From the NCBI GenBank assembly GCA_964187785.1, contig OZ076409.1, positions 19,904,001 to 19,968,000 of the forward strand: DNA of 64,000 nucleotides. The letters are read 5' to 3'. The stretch is from Amphiscolops sp. MND2022 (lineage: Eukaryota). Position numbers and translations under genes: made by a program. Shown here one piece after another: positions 49,746 through 63,111 of this stretch (its first letter is position 1; every line of letters begins with the position of its first letter). The notes beneath the pieces are model-generated. The model searched no databases. It was not told the origin of the DNA and saw nothing but the letters and a program-made list of their open reading frames with translations.

Positions 49746-52700
49746 TTTGTGCAATTTTCATTACAAGATGGAAACAAATTTGGCATTTTCTGGAGCTGTA
49801 AAGACAACAAAAAAACTGAAAGAAAACGTTTTTTGAATAAAATAAACGAAAAGTTATTGTTAAAGGAACTTAAAGTAAGGAATTCAAAAAACCTCAATGA
49901 ACAGAAGTTGAAAACTTGTAACTTGAAGGATTTTTTTCTATTTTCTAACTGATTCGGGGTGTTTCCGGAGGTGCAGAGATTTGCAAAAATGAAAAACGAA
50001 TCCATCAGTTACATGTTCTTGTTTTGGTTTTGCAGAGAAAGTAGTTTTTGAAACAAGACACCCACAGACCAGCAGGATATTTTCCGTCCAAACTGTTCTA
50101 GCAATGACACCTTTTGGGACTCAAGTCATTGCACTATGAAAACGCATAAATTTTTGATGAAAAAAGAATTGACACTTTTTGAATATTGTCATCCCATTTC
50201 AGAAGCAAACTCTTCAAGAACACACCAAACACATATTAACACCAAAACCTAACCAATCTATTTTTTTATAATTTTTCGCGAAATCGCCAAAAACGTCAAA
50301 ATTTGGAAAATTTTGCTTTTTCGACTATTTTGCGGTCATTTTAGGGACTTTTTAAGAAAATGTAGATCTTTTTAAAAACGGATACTGGAAAACGAGTCCA
50401 GTCGTCTTTGAATTACAACGTTGAATTACAACGTTGAATAGAAACGTTGAATTTGGTTTTTTTCCGACTCATCAGGGTCATTTTTGAAGTGACTTTTAAG
50501 CCAAATACAGCAACTCTCTTCAAAATAGTATACTGCATAGCTACTTCGTTTGTTTTCGAATGTCTCGAACTTTTTCAGTAACAAAACGTTCAAAAATTGT
50601 ATACAAACTGCAGGAAAAAAGACACACTGGAAAGAGTTGGGTTTTAAAATTTTGAGGTGAAATTGAAGCATATTTCGCATGAAAACGTGCACTTTTTCAA
50701 AAAAGTACTGGACAAAGTAATCAAATTTCAATTCATTGTTTTAATATTCTCAATTACGAAATGTCTCAAATTTTTTTTAAAAAGTTGAGAAAGTCAAAAA
50801 GTATTCTGGGGTCTTTTTGTGCTTTTTCGAACGTGGAACAGGAATTGATTTTCAATTTTTTTTTTAAATTCGCGTTTGTTGTTTGTTGAAAATTTTCATT
50901 CTTCTAATATAGGAAATTTACGAAAATTCCAAACAAAATTCGTTTCTCGGAAAAATTTTAGATTTTCGACTCATATTGGTCATTCTAAAATAATGTTCTA
51001 CCTAGAAAACTACAAAGTAGTTCTGCAAATGGCGTACTGCCTGGCTTGATAAATCGTCTGGTGCTTTAGTTTCACAAACAATCACTACATTGTCAAAAAG
51101 GGAAACTTTCGATTATCTATAATTTTTTTGGTTCATATGGAGACATTTTCCAAATACAAATCAGCAAAAACTCCCTGAAAAAGACAACTGGATATTAACT
51201 GCTTGTGATGTTGAATCATTCTATTATTCTGACCCTCGAAAATTTTCGTTTCACAAACTTTGCACAATAACGTTCAAAATTTCAATTCTTTCACTTTCCG
51301 ACTCACTTTGTGTCGTTTGGAAGTGTTTCTGATGTGAAACACTGTAATTTTTTAATCAAAAAAATCCTACACACCTGACTTTTTTGCTTTTGATTCGTTT
51401 GAACCTTCAAACGGACAAAAGTTCCAAACTTGTACTCAAATAACATGAAGCTACATAAACTGGAACTTTTTTAGAAATTTTCGACAAAATTTGCGTCAAA
51501 TTGAAGCACATTTATATCGAAAACCGATACTTGAATCATCAAAAAGCCTACTTGACAACGCATTCAGTCTTTGTTGAACAGTTTCAGAGTTTTAATTCAT
51601 GAAAAATTGCGTTGAAGAACATTTTTCGACTATTTTGGGGTCATTGCAGCAGTTTTTTTCACAAAACTACTTTTATCTCCCCAAACAACCGTTTGGGACA
51701 AGTATTTCAATTTCTTCATTTTTTTCACATTGAATTTTTTCAACGTTCTGATTCATGAATTCTTTTGAAATTCGGAAAAAGTTGCATGAAAACGTGAAAA
51801 ATTGATTATTTTTTGGAATTTTAACCATTTTTGGTCGCAATATGAGCATTTTTCTTTAATAACTGCGTTTATTTCTTAAGAAAAGCGTCCCGATGAACAA
51901 ATTTTTTCTTGTTGAACGTCTTTAAAATTCTAAGCCACCAAGATTTTCGAAAAATAGACAAAATATCAAAAAGTGCATAAAAATTCTCTTTTTTTGAGAT
52001 TTTTGTCGATTTCGGTCTAAACTTGAGCCATTTGTTTCAAAAGAAAATGATTTTATCTCTTCCAAGAAGCCTCTCGAACACTTAAATTGTTCCTTGTTGA
52101 AAGTATTTAACAATCTAAGCCATCAACTACTTCGGAAAAAGAAACAAAAACTCGATGAAATTTTTTTAAAGTTGATTTTTCGGGATTCTTGTCAATTTTG
52201 GTCTAAATTGGGGTATAAATTGCATTTATCTGTACAAAAAAGCCTCTTGCACAATTGTTGAACGGTTGTAGTTTCCTAAGCTAGTAAGTGTAAAAAAACT
52301 TGACAAAAATTGCATAAAAAGGTTGAAAATCTCAACTTTTCGGAGTGGTTTTCACCAATGATCACATTTTTAGGCATTTTTTCCGTGCCAAAAACTCTTC
52401 AAAAAATCCTCTTGGATAAAAAATTTTCCCTTTCGAGCGTTTTCAACATTCTAATCTTGAAATCTATCGAAAATTTTTCAGTTTTTTCTGTTTTTGTTGT
52501 CGTTCTTGGGTCATTCTGGTGTCTTTGAGGTTAATCAAAAAAATTCAAGACTCTCTTCAAATACATACCGCATGATACTATTTTTATGTCAGTTGAATTC
52601 TTTGGGTGAAACCCATTAGCTTGGATATAAATTTGATGCTTGAAAAATTTGTAAAAAAAACCCGTTTGATCTAAATATTTTTCTTTTTCAAATGAAATAT

Positions 52701-53445
52701 GGACGAAAAATAGAAAGTAAAGGAACCAAAATAATAAAGCAATAGTCCTGAGTTAGACCAATATCAGGCTCAAATTTTTTTTCTCAGCGAAGTAAAAGTC
52801 GATTTCGGACAAACTCTTGAACCCTTACTTAGTAATAGGTCTTGGAAAAAAGAGCAATTAGCAGAAAGTGCAAAAGATAGATGACAACATTTAGCATCCA
52901 CACGCTGGTGACATAGAGTGAAATCAACATCTTCGAGTCAACCACCAAATCATTGCGTAACTCCAACTATGGTACTGAAGTTTGCTTCGAGTTTCTAATT
53001 TCGAGAGTCAAAAAACGTCCAACCCAGAACTTTTTGCTACTTTTTTCCACCTTGGTCTCAGTTTTGAATTGTTTTTAACATTATGATTGTGTCTTTTTTG
53101 AAAATTCAGGGAGTTCTGGTATCCAGCATTCAACAACAAACAATTAGGTACCTAGTGTGTTCAGAGACTAACTGTTACCAATTTTAATCATTTGTTCAAT
53201 GTAACGTCCAGCAAGCAGCGAACGTCCTAAAACTGGGATAATGCCTAGATTGCTTGTAAAGGAGACCATTGTCCTACTACAACCTAGACATGAGTTTTTG
53301 ATCAAAAAAAGGTCTCTTAGGGGACAAATCTAATTTCGAGGAGGCTCCTCGTGTTAGAGCTCCGAGGCGACGCGCCCGCACTCTCAAAGTCCGGCCACGC
53401 CCCCACGAGACTGTAAGAACGATTCCTATGGTTCCTGCGTGTTCT

Positions 53446-53888
53446 TACAAAGCTCCGAGGTCCGAACAGGTGTTTAGACAAACTACATTATGATTGCAGA
53501 ATTAAATCTAAAATCAGCAAAATTTGGATCTGCTAGATAGATCCAGTTTTATCACAAATCTGCCAAAAACAATATTAACAACAAAATCGACTCACTAGTA
53601 CTTTTCTGGTATCTTCTTGTAGGTTGTCGACTTCTTTCAACGATGAGCTGACAGGTTGCACCTTGATTTCGGGTCTTTTCTGGCACTGCTGTGTATGATA
53701 GAGCACAACACTGGGATTTCTTTTCTATCTCTGGTGTTCTTGCTCTTCGGGGCTGCCTGTTGTTTCCGTTTCGGGGTAAGATGGGGGTGATTTGCACTTG
53801 TTTTTTCTTTCTTTTCGGTTTTCAGTACCTGCTAGGTCGGCTATTTCGATTTTGTACACTTTTTGCTATCGAACACTTGAAAAATCTT
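53446..53888. repeat. ~440-bp dispersed direct repeat, copy 1
   Basis: TACAAAGCTCCGAG...AAAATCTT, roughly 90% similar by eye to 56847-57288. Confidence 0.9.
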
Positions 53889-56846
53889 CAATGAAATTTT
53901 GTACGTGAGCTGTCTGGTGATACATGCTCCCCGGGCCGTAGTTTGTCGTCCTCAACAAACGAGTTTGGACGTTCACGTCTTGGTTGCTATCATCCAGTGA
54001 CACTGTTTCATCATTATAGCACTTCAGGAAGCTAAAGGAAAAAGATGCGTTTTGGCAGCCTAGCAGGCCTCCTTAGATTCCACATCAACATCAACTACGG
54101 GTGGTAGCACTGGAATAGCATTAGCAACTTCAGACACTTAGTATCAATTTCGAAACGTTTGCAAACTTTGAATTTCGCACCAAAATTTCTAGCACTTTTC
54201 GTTACGGCATCTGTATCAAAAGCACTCACCACAACATGTTTGGCGCCAACCCAGGGCCCAGCAGATAAGTTAGGTTTCGCAAAAAGCACGAAAGCACCTG
54301 AAAAGCGAAAAGTAAAAGTTACAGCTGTGATCTTGCAAAATTGTCATATTGTATGGCAAACAGACACTGCACTGTGAATAGCACGAAAGGGAAAGCAAAT
54401 CTCAAGGTATCAAAAAGTCACCAAAACTGAGGACCCACTCAGTCTATTGTTTTGGCTGTGTAGGCTCAGTTAAAATTTTTGTCTAGGTAGGGTAAGCACC
54501 AGTATAGGTAAGAGATGGTAGTAAATGGCTTCTCCAGAGCATGGGTAATTCAATGAAGAAGACAGACTAAGACTAACAGAATTTGAAAATCAGGCATTGT
54601 AGTAGATCATGAAAACAGTATATAGCTTTAAAAGACAGTTCCAGAGCAATCATCTGAGTTTAAAATGCACGACCACTGACAAAGCAGTTTTCAGAGCTAC
54701 AAAGCTTCGGGTGTTTTGTCATGCTTGGTTGTTGCTTTCTCTCGGAAGGGTACAGGTACTCCCCGGGCCAATCTCTTGTCCCTGTTTTCAAATCAACATG
54801 GTTCAATCAACTGTGGTAACGAGAACCGCAGGGATGAATCGAACGACGAACACTGATTTTTGAAAAGCCTGCTTGGTGCAGACGTTATATTTTTTGAAAA
54901 ATCTTTTTGTCATTCGTCTTGCCCGGTTTGTGGAGGGCACAGAAAAAAGAAGAATGATCAGGGACTGGGAGTGAGTAGTAAAAAAGGGCAAAAGGTCTGG
55001 AGTGATTTCATGGCTTACGATTGTAGTACGATCAGAAAAAGTGATCGTTTTGACAATGGTATTCACTAGTAGGCTTGTTATTCTGCTTTGAGACGCGCTG
55101 CGTTCAAAGTCTAAACCTTTTAAAGTGCCGATAAACTTGCTCCAGCATTTGCAAGGCCAGTAGGATACTGAGCAAGCGTGTTTCCAATGAATAGCTTGCA
55201 CACAGTGACTTTGATACTGGTTGAGAGTCAAAACAAGGTTTTGTTTCCCACTTCTACGTCTCGTAGACAGTTTTTCGGTAGACCAGGAATGTTAAATCGG
55301 TCACAGTTAGTCACTGTGCAAAACGCTTCCACGAAACGCAGCACTACGTCTAGTGTTAAATAAAGTAGTTGCTGCACCTGCTAGGGTTTTTGAAAGCGGT
55401 ATTTGTCCAATTTTTTATGTAAAAGTTGCAAAACTTTTCGTTTTTCAGTGGAAACGCACGTCTGACGAAGGTGAAATTCACTTCTAGTGATGCTAGGTAC
55501 CTGAAAATTTTTAACCGTGTACTGCACTGTCTGAACCGTGAAAAATTATGGCCGATTGCGCTAAAACTTAGTTTAGGTGATTTACGGTGGCTCAACAATA
55601 TAGCAAGAAAAATCGACTATGTTGTGAAATTCACAAACGTTCGTCAAACTTGCCTTCCAGGCGTCCTAGCTACCTGAAATTATGTAAGCGAGCGTATATT
55701 ACGCCGACATGACACAAAACCAAACTAGCGGCGTGCCCAGGTTAATATTCAACAATTGCAGTTGTCAAATTACAGTATTGTTTATGTCATTCAGCAACAA
55801 AACCATGATGTACCCTCGTTGTCACTTTTTCGGGTCTAAATTCACAAAAAGTCAATTTTTCCAATTTGGGTGGTAGCAGGCTGCTCAACATGCAAAATTG
55901 TTGGGATTTATTGCCGTGCGTGTGAAAATGTAAAAGTCTTGGTGCTGGGACTTTCCGAAGATATCGCACTATGCTCAACGAAAATTCGACTATTGCAACA
56001 TTTCCACATGATTTTCAAACAAAACTGCGGCTAAGTTTTCTCAATCACTAGTAATGCTAGCGCTACAGAAATTACACCATTAACGTAACTTTATTCGATC
56101 TACACGACGGTGCAGGTCGTTTTGAGTCGCTCCCACTAAGAGAGATTTCTTCTCAGGAACGCTACTCCACTGTTCGCAAAATGTCAAAAAATTAACACGT
56201 CTTTCGCTATTTCTCAGCAACCACTGGTTGGAATCACTCGGGGTTTTCTGCGTTTGCAACGTTATACTCTATATTAACAAGCAAAACCTGGTAGGTTCCA
56301 AATAATGTCTCTCAAAATATTTTCATGTTTTACCTTTTTGCACTCTGGAACAGTACCAGAATTACGTATTTTCACCAACAAACTTTAATTTCTCTGTTTT
56401 ACAGCGTTCTGGACTGTTTCAACAGTAACGTAGGAAGGAGTAACATATTTTTCAGGAGCCTGGTATTGTTTCAATAATTACTTTCGATGTTATATCTCTC
56501 AGGTCTATGTTATAAATTTGAAGTGAATAATTAAACTTTCAATACAAAGTAGGGAAGCTAGAAAACGTCTCGGCAGTAGTGTTTTGTACCACCAATCTCA
56601 AAAAATCTTTCTGGGTTGATATAAGAGCTCTGGAGAAAAATGCCAGTCTTCCGTTTACTCAACAAATATTGGCAAAATTTTTAATGTTTTCACAATTTTG
56701 CTGTTCCTGACTTGAAATGTCAGATGGAACATTTTTATTGTATTCCCACTGGCTGTACCTTCTTCTGAAAAATTTTGGTTTTCTAAAGTAACAAAATCGA
56801 GAATCGAGCATTATCAGGTGTCATAGCTAGCTCGCTATAATTTTCC

Positions 56847-57288
56847 TACAAAGCTCCGAGTCCGAACAGGTGTTTAGCCAAACCACATTATGATTGCAGA
56901 ATTAAATCTAAAATCAGCAAACTTGGGATCTGCTAGATAGATCCAGTTCCATCACAAATCTGCCAAAAACATTAATAACAACAAAATGGACTCATAAGTA
57001 CTTTTCTGGTATCTTCTTGTAGGTTCTGGACTTCTTGCAACGATGAGCTGACAGGTTGCACCTTGATTTCGGGTCTTTTCTGGCACTTCTTTGTAAGATA
57101 GAGCACAACACTAGGTTTTCTTCTCTATCTCTGGTGTTCTTGCTCTTCGGGCCTGCATGATGTTTCCGTTTCGGGGTAGGATGGGGGTAATTTGCACTTG
57201 TTTTTTCTTTCTTTTCGATTTTCAGTACCTGCTAGGTCGGCCATTTTGATTATGTACATTTTTTGCAATCGCACATTTCAAAATCTTT
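56847..57288. repeat. ~440-bp dispersed direct repeat, copy 2
   Basis: Colinear match to 53446-53888. Confidence 0.9.
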
Positions 57289-57505
57289 GATTTTTCTTTG
57301 TGCATTGGCTACTCCTAGGCTTAATGATTCTCGTATTGACTTTTTGCTACCTTGTTCTCGTTTTTAGACTGCTTTTAGTACCCGCCTTTTCCCTTAAGGA
57401 ATAAGAGACCGACTATGACAATGGGTAGTTTTTTATTTTTCAGTTCACTCTGAATGGTCCACTTTTTTTTGTTCATTTGTCAAACTTTTTAGCCGAGATA
57501 TGGTA

Positions 57506-57705
57506 GTTCGAAAATAACGTTTCAACTTTCGGATGTAATGTTTTCAAAGTTAAAGTTCGGATGTAACGGTTTCGAAGCTCGGATATACCGTTTTCAAAGT
57601 TTGGATGTAACGTTTTCAAAGTTGGGATATAACGTTTTCAAAGTTCGGATATAAAATTTTCAAAGTTCGGATATAATGTTTTCAAAGATCAGATATAACG
57701 TTTTC
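57506..57705. repeat. 22-bp minisatellite (AACGTTTTCAAAGTTCGGATAT x ~9)
   Basis: Head-to-tail degenerate units with no unique spacers. Confidence 0.9.
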
Positions 57706-58187
57706 ATTTTTCCCCAATTTTTTTCAATTTTTCCCCCTATGATTTCACATAATTTGTTGAGCCTTAGAACTATTGTGTTGATTTTTTAAAACTTCACGTG
57801 AGTGCTTGCATCCACACGTTCAACACAGCACAGTTAAGTACCAAGCGTGTTTATAAACTGACTGTTACCAGTAGCAACGTGATAAGATGGATCAATATGC
57901 GTCGAATTTTTCGATTTTTGAAACTTCCTTGAATTTTTATAGAACATACCCTACCCTTGAGCTTCAAAATTATGTTGTTGCTAGACCAGTTTGCGGAGGT
58001 AAAAATTCCGGAGGTCAACGGGCGTCTTGTTGTACTAGTAGCTCAGAAACATTATAACTTCGAGTGGATCATGACTAAATTTAGTAGATTTCCCACTTAA
58101 ACTTTCAAGCTGAAGTTTTCGAGCAAAGAAACTTCGATTTTTATTTTCATTATTCCATTAAAAAACTCTAGGAACGCCACAATAACT

Positions 58188-58269
58188 TTGTTCCACTTTC
58201 TCACGTTACTGGGAAGCTGCCCCCAATGTGTTGGGGGCAGCTTCCCAGTAACGTGAGAAAGTGGAACAA
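58188..58269. repeat. Perfect 39-bp-arm hairpin with 4-nt loop
   Basis: TTGTTCCACTTTCTCACGTTACTGGGAAGCTGCCCCCAA-TGTG-reverse complement. Confidence 0.95.
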
Positions 58270-59578
58270 CTCACGAAGACAACCGTCTATCGTTGACAAA
58301 AAGTATCGTAAAAGCACCTTTCTTGAAGTTTGGCAAATATACAATCCCATTAGCTAGGAACAGAATAACGCAAAAGGTTTAGATTAGACAAATCTATGCT
58401 ATCAGCAACAATGTCAGCCAGGTCTCAATTTGGTGGAGGTAGCTAGGGGTCATTTAAGTTCTGCCCGACTAAGCAGTAGACAGTGAGTGGTCAGCACCTC
58501 GTCAGTCAGCTGACGGTTACAAAGAACGGAAGTGGCCCATGTCATTGAACGTTTGCCAGTTTAATTTTGCGAAATTTACTTCCCAGTGAGTTTCCGGCAA
58601 ACAAGAAAGTCGGCGTTTGTTCGTTTAATTGACTGATATTGGCCGAACGAAAGAATCTTTTGAGGACCATTCAGTCCCGATTTATTCGAAAAATTATTTG
58701 GACATTTATTGGACGCGATCATGTCAGATGCTTCGGTGGCATCAAGCTTGTCTCTTCGATTATTGATTTAGACAAAAATCTAAGTAATCTCACCTAGGAG
58801 ACGGCGGGCTCTTTGAGTCAGCTGCAATTTACTCTATGGAACGAATGTCTTGAGAACCAACCTGATAAGCAATGACCGACCTCAATATCGGGACAGCTGT
58901 CTATTTCCATTGGCAACGAAGCAATATGCTGCTACTCGCAAGACAAGTAGGGAAAACATAATAAACATTTAGGCCTTAGACTAATTATTACTGTTCTTCA
59001 AGTCGATAGGCTTTTCGAGTTCTTCAAAAACTGATCCGCGCTCAAAAGGAGGTTTCCCTCAAAAGCAATACACTCAATCACATTTTTTGGTAGTGGAGCT
59101 TTCCTCGATCAAAATTAGCAGCAAATGCTCTAGATTTTGTTTCTGTCTTCGCACTTTGAGACTCTTCAGCATTTTTATGACGTTAACTTCCGTTAATGGG
59201 CATCGGCATACAGACATTTTACTATTCGAGTTCCAACGTAAGAGTATGGTTGCCATGGCTGATCCTCGCGGCACATAAAACATGAAAGGCGAAATTAGCT
59301 ATTCAGCCTTGGATTTCCAAGACACGAAGTTTTGGAATTTTTGACCTCGATGAAGAAAAGTTTATTGACCAATAAAAACGCAGTTGCGGCTCCCAAATGC
59401 TTAATGATAGACACAATGTTAGGATAAAACTAGATTAATGACAGAATTTTTCAGAGCAAATTTTGAGACTTTCACTGAGTAAAAAGCATGTTAAATGATA
59501 TTTACTTGATAGATAAGTCCCCTGTAACAATCGCAAATTTATTGAGTTGAAAATTTTCAAAAAATTGAAAGAATCAGA

Positions 59579-60663
59579 GGTACTCCTGACTAAGTGTGGT
59601 CCCAAGCGATTTCTCCTTACTAAGTGTGGTCCCTATTTTATAAGTGTGGTCCCTGCATAGTTTGTCGGAATTTTTATATTACGTCGTCAGCTATGTCCAT
59701 ATTAGGGTGACCAATCGTCCCGGAAACTGCGGGGCAGTCCCGGATTTAATTCGTTTGTCCCGCGTCCCGCAAATTAATACGATTGTCCCGCAATAAGCCA
59801 CGGTTGGCCGTTTTAAAACATTGTTTTCAAACAGCTGGCAAGCTATATGCGGCTGATTGCTACTCACTCCATTTTATTCACTGCATGTATCAATTTCCCG
59901 CGGTTCGCGTTCGCCGCTACACTACGTACACGTGTTTGCCCTTTCCGTTTATTTAAGAATTTTATGTATAAAAGTGAGCTATGTCGTCTGATGCGAAGAG
60001 GAAGCGTTTATGCACATACAACCGGGAGTGGGAAGACACATATTCTTGGCTTACAAAGAAAGACGGAGACGATGAGCGTGGGTACTGCAGAATTTGCGCC
60101 CGCGCGTTTACAATATCACACGGAGGTCAGGGATGTTCAAAGATTATCGTAAGAATGATATTATCGATATATCTATTTTTATGCATTTAAATATCGATTT
60201 AAACATCCAGTTACCAACGCGTTTTGTGAACGGGTATTTTCGCTGATGGAGAATTACTGGTCAGATGATCGTGCTCAAAGTGGAGTTACGCTTATAAAAA
60301 GCGAAATTCAAGTGAAAACTAACTTTTCTATGACTTGCCAACAATTTTATACTTTTTGTATTAAAAATAAACAATTACTTAAAAACGCCCGATCCACAGA
60401 CAAATATTAAATTTTTGTCCCGCAGAACCTTGTTTTTGATCTGGTCACCCTAGTCCATATACCTTAGTGCCCTAAATGCAGGAGCGAAGCGAAGCGGAGC
60501 GACGTGCCATATGGTCATGGCTCAAAGTTGCTACTTGTCGAAGGGAGCGAAGCGACCGAGTCATACAACAAATATGCTAACCTCTTCTAGGGACCACACT
60601 TAGTCAGGAGTTTTCAAGCCGGCTGCATAAGTTTTGTAGGGACCACACTTAGTCAGGAGTACC
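59579..60663. mobile_element. Merlin-like MITE (about 330 bp without the nested insert), 8-bp TSD GAATCAGA
   Basis: 25-bp TIR GGTACTCCTGACTAAGTGTGGTCCC with subterminal repeats of TAAGTGTGGTCCC; TSD at 59571-59578 and 60664-60671. The superfamily is inferred only from the GG terminus and 8-bp TSD. Confidence 0.8.
59703..60452 (+). mobile_element. Internally deleted hAT transposon (750 bp), 8-bp TSD GTCCATAT
   Basis: TIR TAGGGTGACCA/TGGTCACCCTA; TSD at 59695-59702 and 60453-60460; N-terminal zinc finger (WL...YCRIC...ISHGG, from 59981) joined to a hAT dimerisation tail (PVTNAFCERVFSLM..WSDDR...KY*, to about 60410). Confidence 0.92.
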
Positions 60664-62088
60664 GAATCAGATCCATTTGAGAATTGGACAATTCTTCTTG
60701 ATGCCTTTCACTTTTGAGCAGCACTGCTTCTTGTATAGACAGAATCAACTACAGCAGTGAGAGAAACGATCCGTGCTCATAATTGCGATAAAACGTTTCC
60801 CACGAAGTTTTCCCTCACAATTACTCAAAAACTACTCCTTCAAGTACTGAAAATCGACTGGGTAAATTCACCCAGTCAACTCTAGGTAAATCGACTAAAC
60901 TCTATGGGGTTTATATAAAACAAAATTTTCCTCATTCGGATCTTTCAATTTATGAATTCCACCATATCAGGAAATTATCACTACTTAGCTACGCTATGTG
61001 CTTGTCACGTGTTTGAAAAGGTGTGATTTCAAATGTTTTCACACTTCTGTCAGGTCGAAACCACAAAGTTAGTTTGGGCAGCTCTTGGACAGGTGTCGAA
61101 GTTGCACAAGCCGTGAAACTTCTTTCAACCAAAGTGAGAATGTTTTTTGAGGTTCGCACTTAGCTTCGCGCGGTTAAGCACATTAGGGCAGAAGTCATAA
61201 TTCCAAGCTAGCAATTACATGTATTTATCTCTCAAGTAAGCCGATTAAACACTCGGAGCGGGCTAAGTTTGGACAGCATAAATTCTTGTCTCTGTTCAAA
61301 TTGTTCTCGCAACAGCATCTTCTTTAGTCTTCAGTGAAGAGTTGAGTACAGATAAAGAACGAACTGAATTGAACAGAAGAAAGCCCATTCTACTAAAATA
61401 CATTCACAATGAAAGACCACTGAGCTAAACACACAAAAGCTCGTCTCCAACCTCAGTTTAATCCGGTTTCAGTGTTAAGAACAAGTCTTCCACACACGGG
61501 CTAAACACAAACCATTTTATCTCCATTCTATTCTAATTCTGTATTTCTGAAACCGCAACTTCTATTCCAACCATAACATAGGGAATAACAACGCAAAACT
61601 TGCATGTAAAATGAACTTTTAGTGAAATTCGTTAGAATCAAATTCGTTTTACTTCGCAAGGTTTTGTTTATTGTTTCGTCTTATCACTCCAACGCGTATT
61701 TATATTTCCCCTCTCTCCCTTTAAATTTCTGCTCTGGTCCCAGTGCTAAGTACATGCTACGTACCAGCAAATTGTTCCGCTTCTGACTCAATCTGTTCAA
61801 GTCATTGATACAGAACCAGAAACTCTTAGCACGCTTATCAACAACCAGCTAAACCTGCTAGTTCGCACTCTGATAGCTGGTCCAGGAAATTCTACACAAG
61901 AGTTTGGGAATTGAACAACTTCTTGACTGCAAGTCAAGAACATTTTGTATATACTCTGCAAAAGTGTGCACTATTTCCTTAAACAAAACATACATTCACA
62001 TAATCGGGGCGAAAGGACTGGGGTGAAAGGACCTGCAACCCGTGTTACATAGACCCGTTAAACCCGTTTCATCGTTGAACTAATCAAA

Positions 62089-62373
62089 ATGCTAAACCTG
62101 GACATACCCCGACTGAATGTTCCCTCGTTAGATATAAACTCACACGAAAAGGCGTTCGCTAGTATCCACAGAAGTATGGTGGAAAATTCGGACAAGCCAT
62201 TTACCAGTCCGAACTTTTCCAAACTCATGTACAGCTTGCCAGATGAGACTGAAAAGAGGAACGCAAAGAATGACAATCTGGATTTATTGGGCAACTTCTG
62301 GGGAGCAATCAACTTGTCTAGAGGAAACAGTCGTTTCACCAGCAGTTCCCCGGCTTTGGATTTTGCCCACCTG
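62089..62373 (+). CDS. ZCCHC24: ZCCHC24-like gene, probable first coding exon
   Basis: ATG 62089, 95 codons, phase-0 donor CTG|GTGAGT compatible with the next exon; assigned by splicing phase and proximity only. Confidence 0.65.
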
Positions 62374-62718
62374 GTGAGTTTTGATTGGCCAATGCCAAGC
62401 AAGAGCTCTCATTTACAGTCTAGACTATGTTTTACAGTCATCGATTGTTGTCTTTTTGCATAAGAGTATTTCATATCACACACATTTCAAACGCCTTCAA
62501 TCCATTAAAGCAATAGAAATAATTTACTGTCATATATGGATGCTTGCATCGAACATTCAATAACGGAATTTGATCTGAAACATCGAAATATCCGAAGGAT
62601 CACACGAGAAATCACCTAAAAGTGCTCACTGGAACTCTTCATTGTGATTATTATCAAGATTATTGTTATTGAGAGTTCAGAGAACCTTAAGATTATCTTT
62701 AACCATAAATCGTTTCAG

Positions 62719-63111
62719 GTACCTCACTCAGGGGGTAAATTTGGCCCTACCGGTTCCCCCACCAACAATGGATGCGGCCTCTCCCCTTCCATGCAGTCTG
62801 GTTTTCTTCAAAGAAGCAACAACAACGGGAGTGAATCCAGAATCTTCAACAACAAAAGTCCGCTGAGCAACTCGCACAGCTTCCACGGACAGAAGAATTT
62901 CCCATTCACTCCCTTGGCCAGTTCCAAGGGGGGTAGCTTTGGGGATGACTTGGGAAATTTGGGGGCAGGGATGGACCAACAGCATTTCATGGACATGTTC
63001 AATGAACTGTCTCTCGACGATTTTGGACGTAAGGGCAAGAAGAAACCCCCTCCGAGCTATCTGTGTCATTTGTGTTTCACCAAAGGCCACTATATCAAAG
63101 ACTGTCCTCAA
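62719..63111 (+). CDS. ZCCHC24: ZCCHC24-like zinc-knuckle RNA-binding protein, internal exon (gene continues downstream)
   Basis: Acceptor TTTCAG|, 131 codons, donor CAA|GTAAGT; ends PPPSYLCHLCFTKGHYIKDCPQ, which I recognise as the ZCCHC24 CCHC knuckle. Confidence 0.88.

Noticed and set aside
49750..52700. Short ORFs in an A/T-tract-rich region
   Set aside because: Low-complexity, probably decayed repeat DNA; no domains or definable termini.
57506..57705. Possible CRISPR-like 22-bp repeats
   Set aside because: Head-to-tail minisatellite without unique spacers.
58400..58950. Coding-like composition, possible further viral or transposon relic
   Set aside because: No ORF of 60 aa or more and no motif I can defend.
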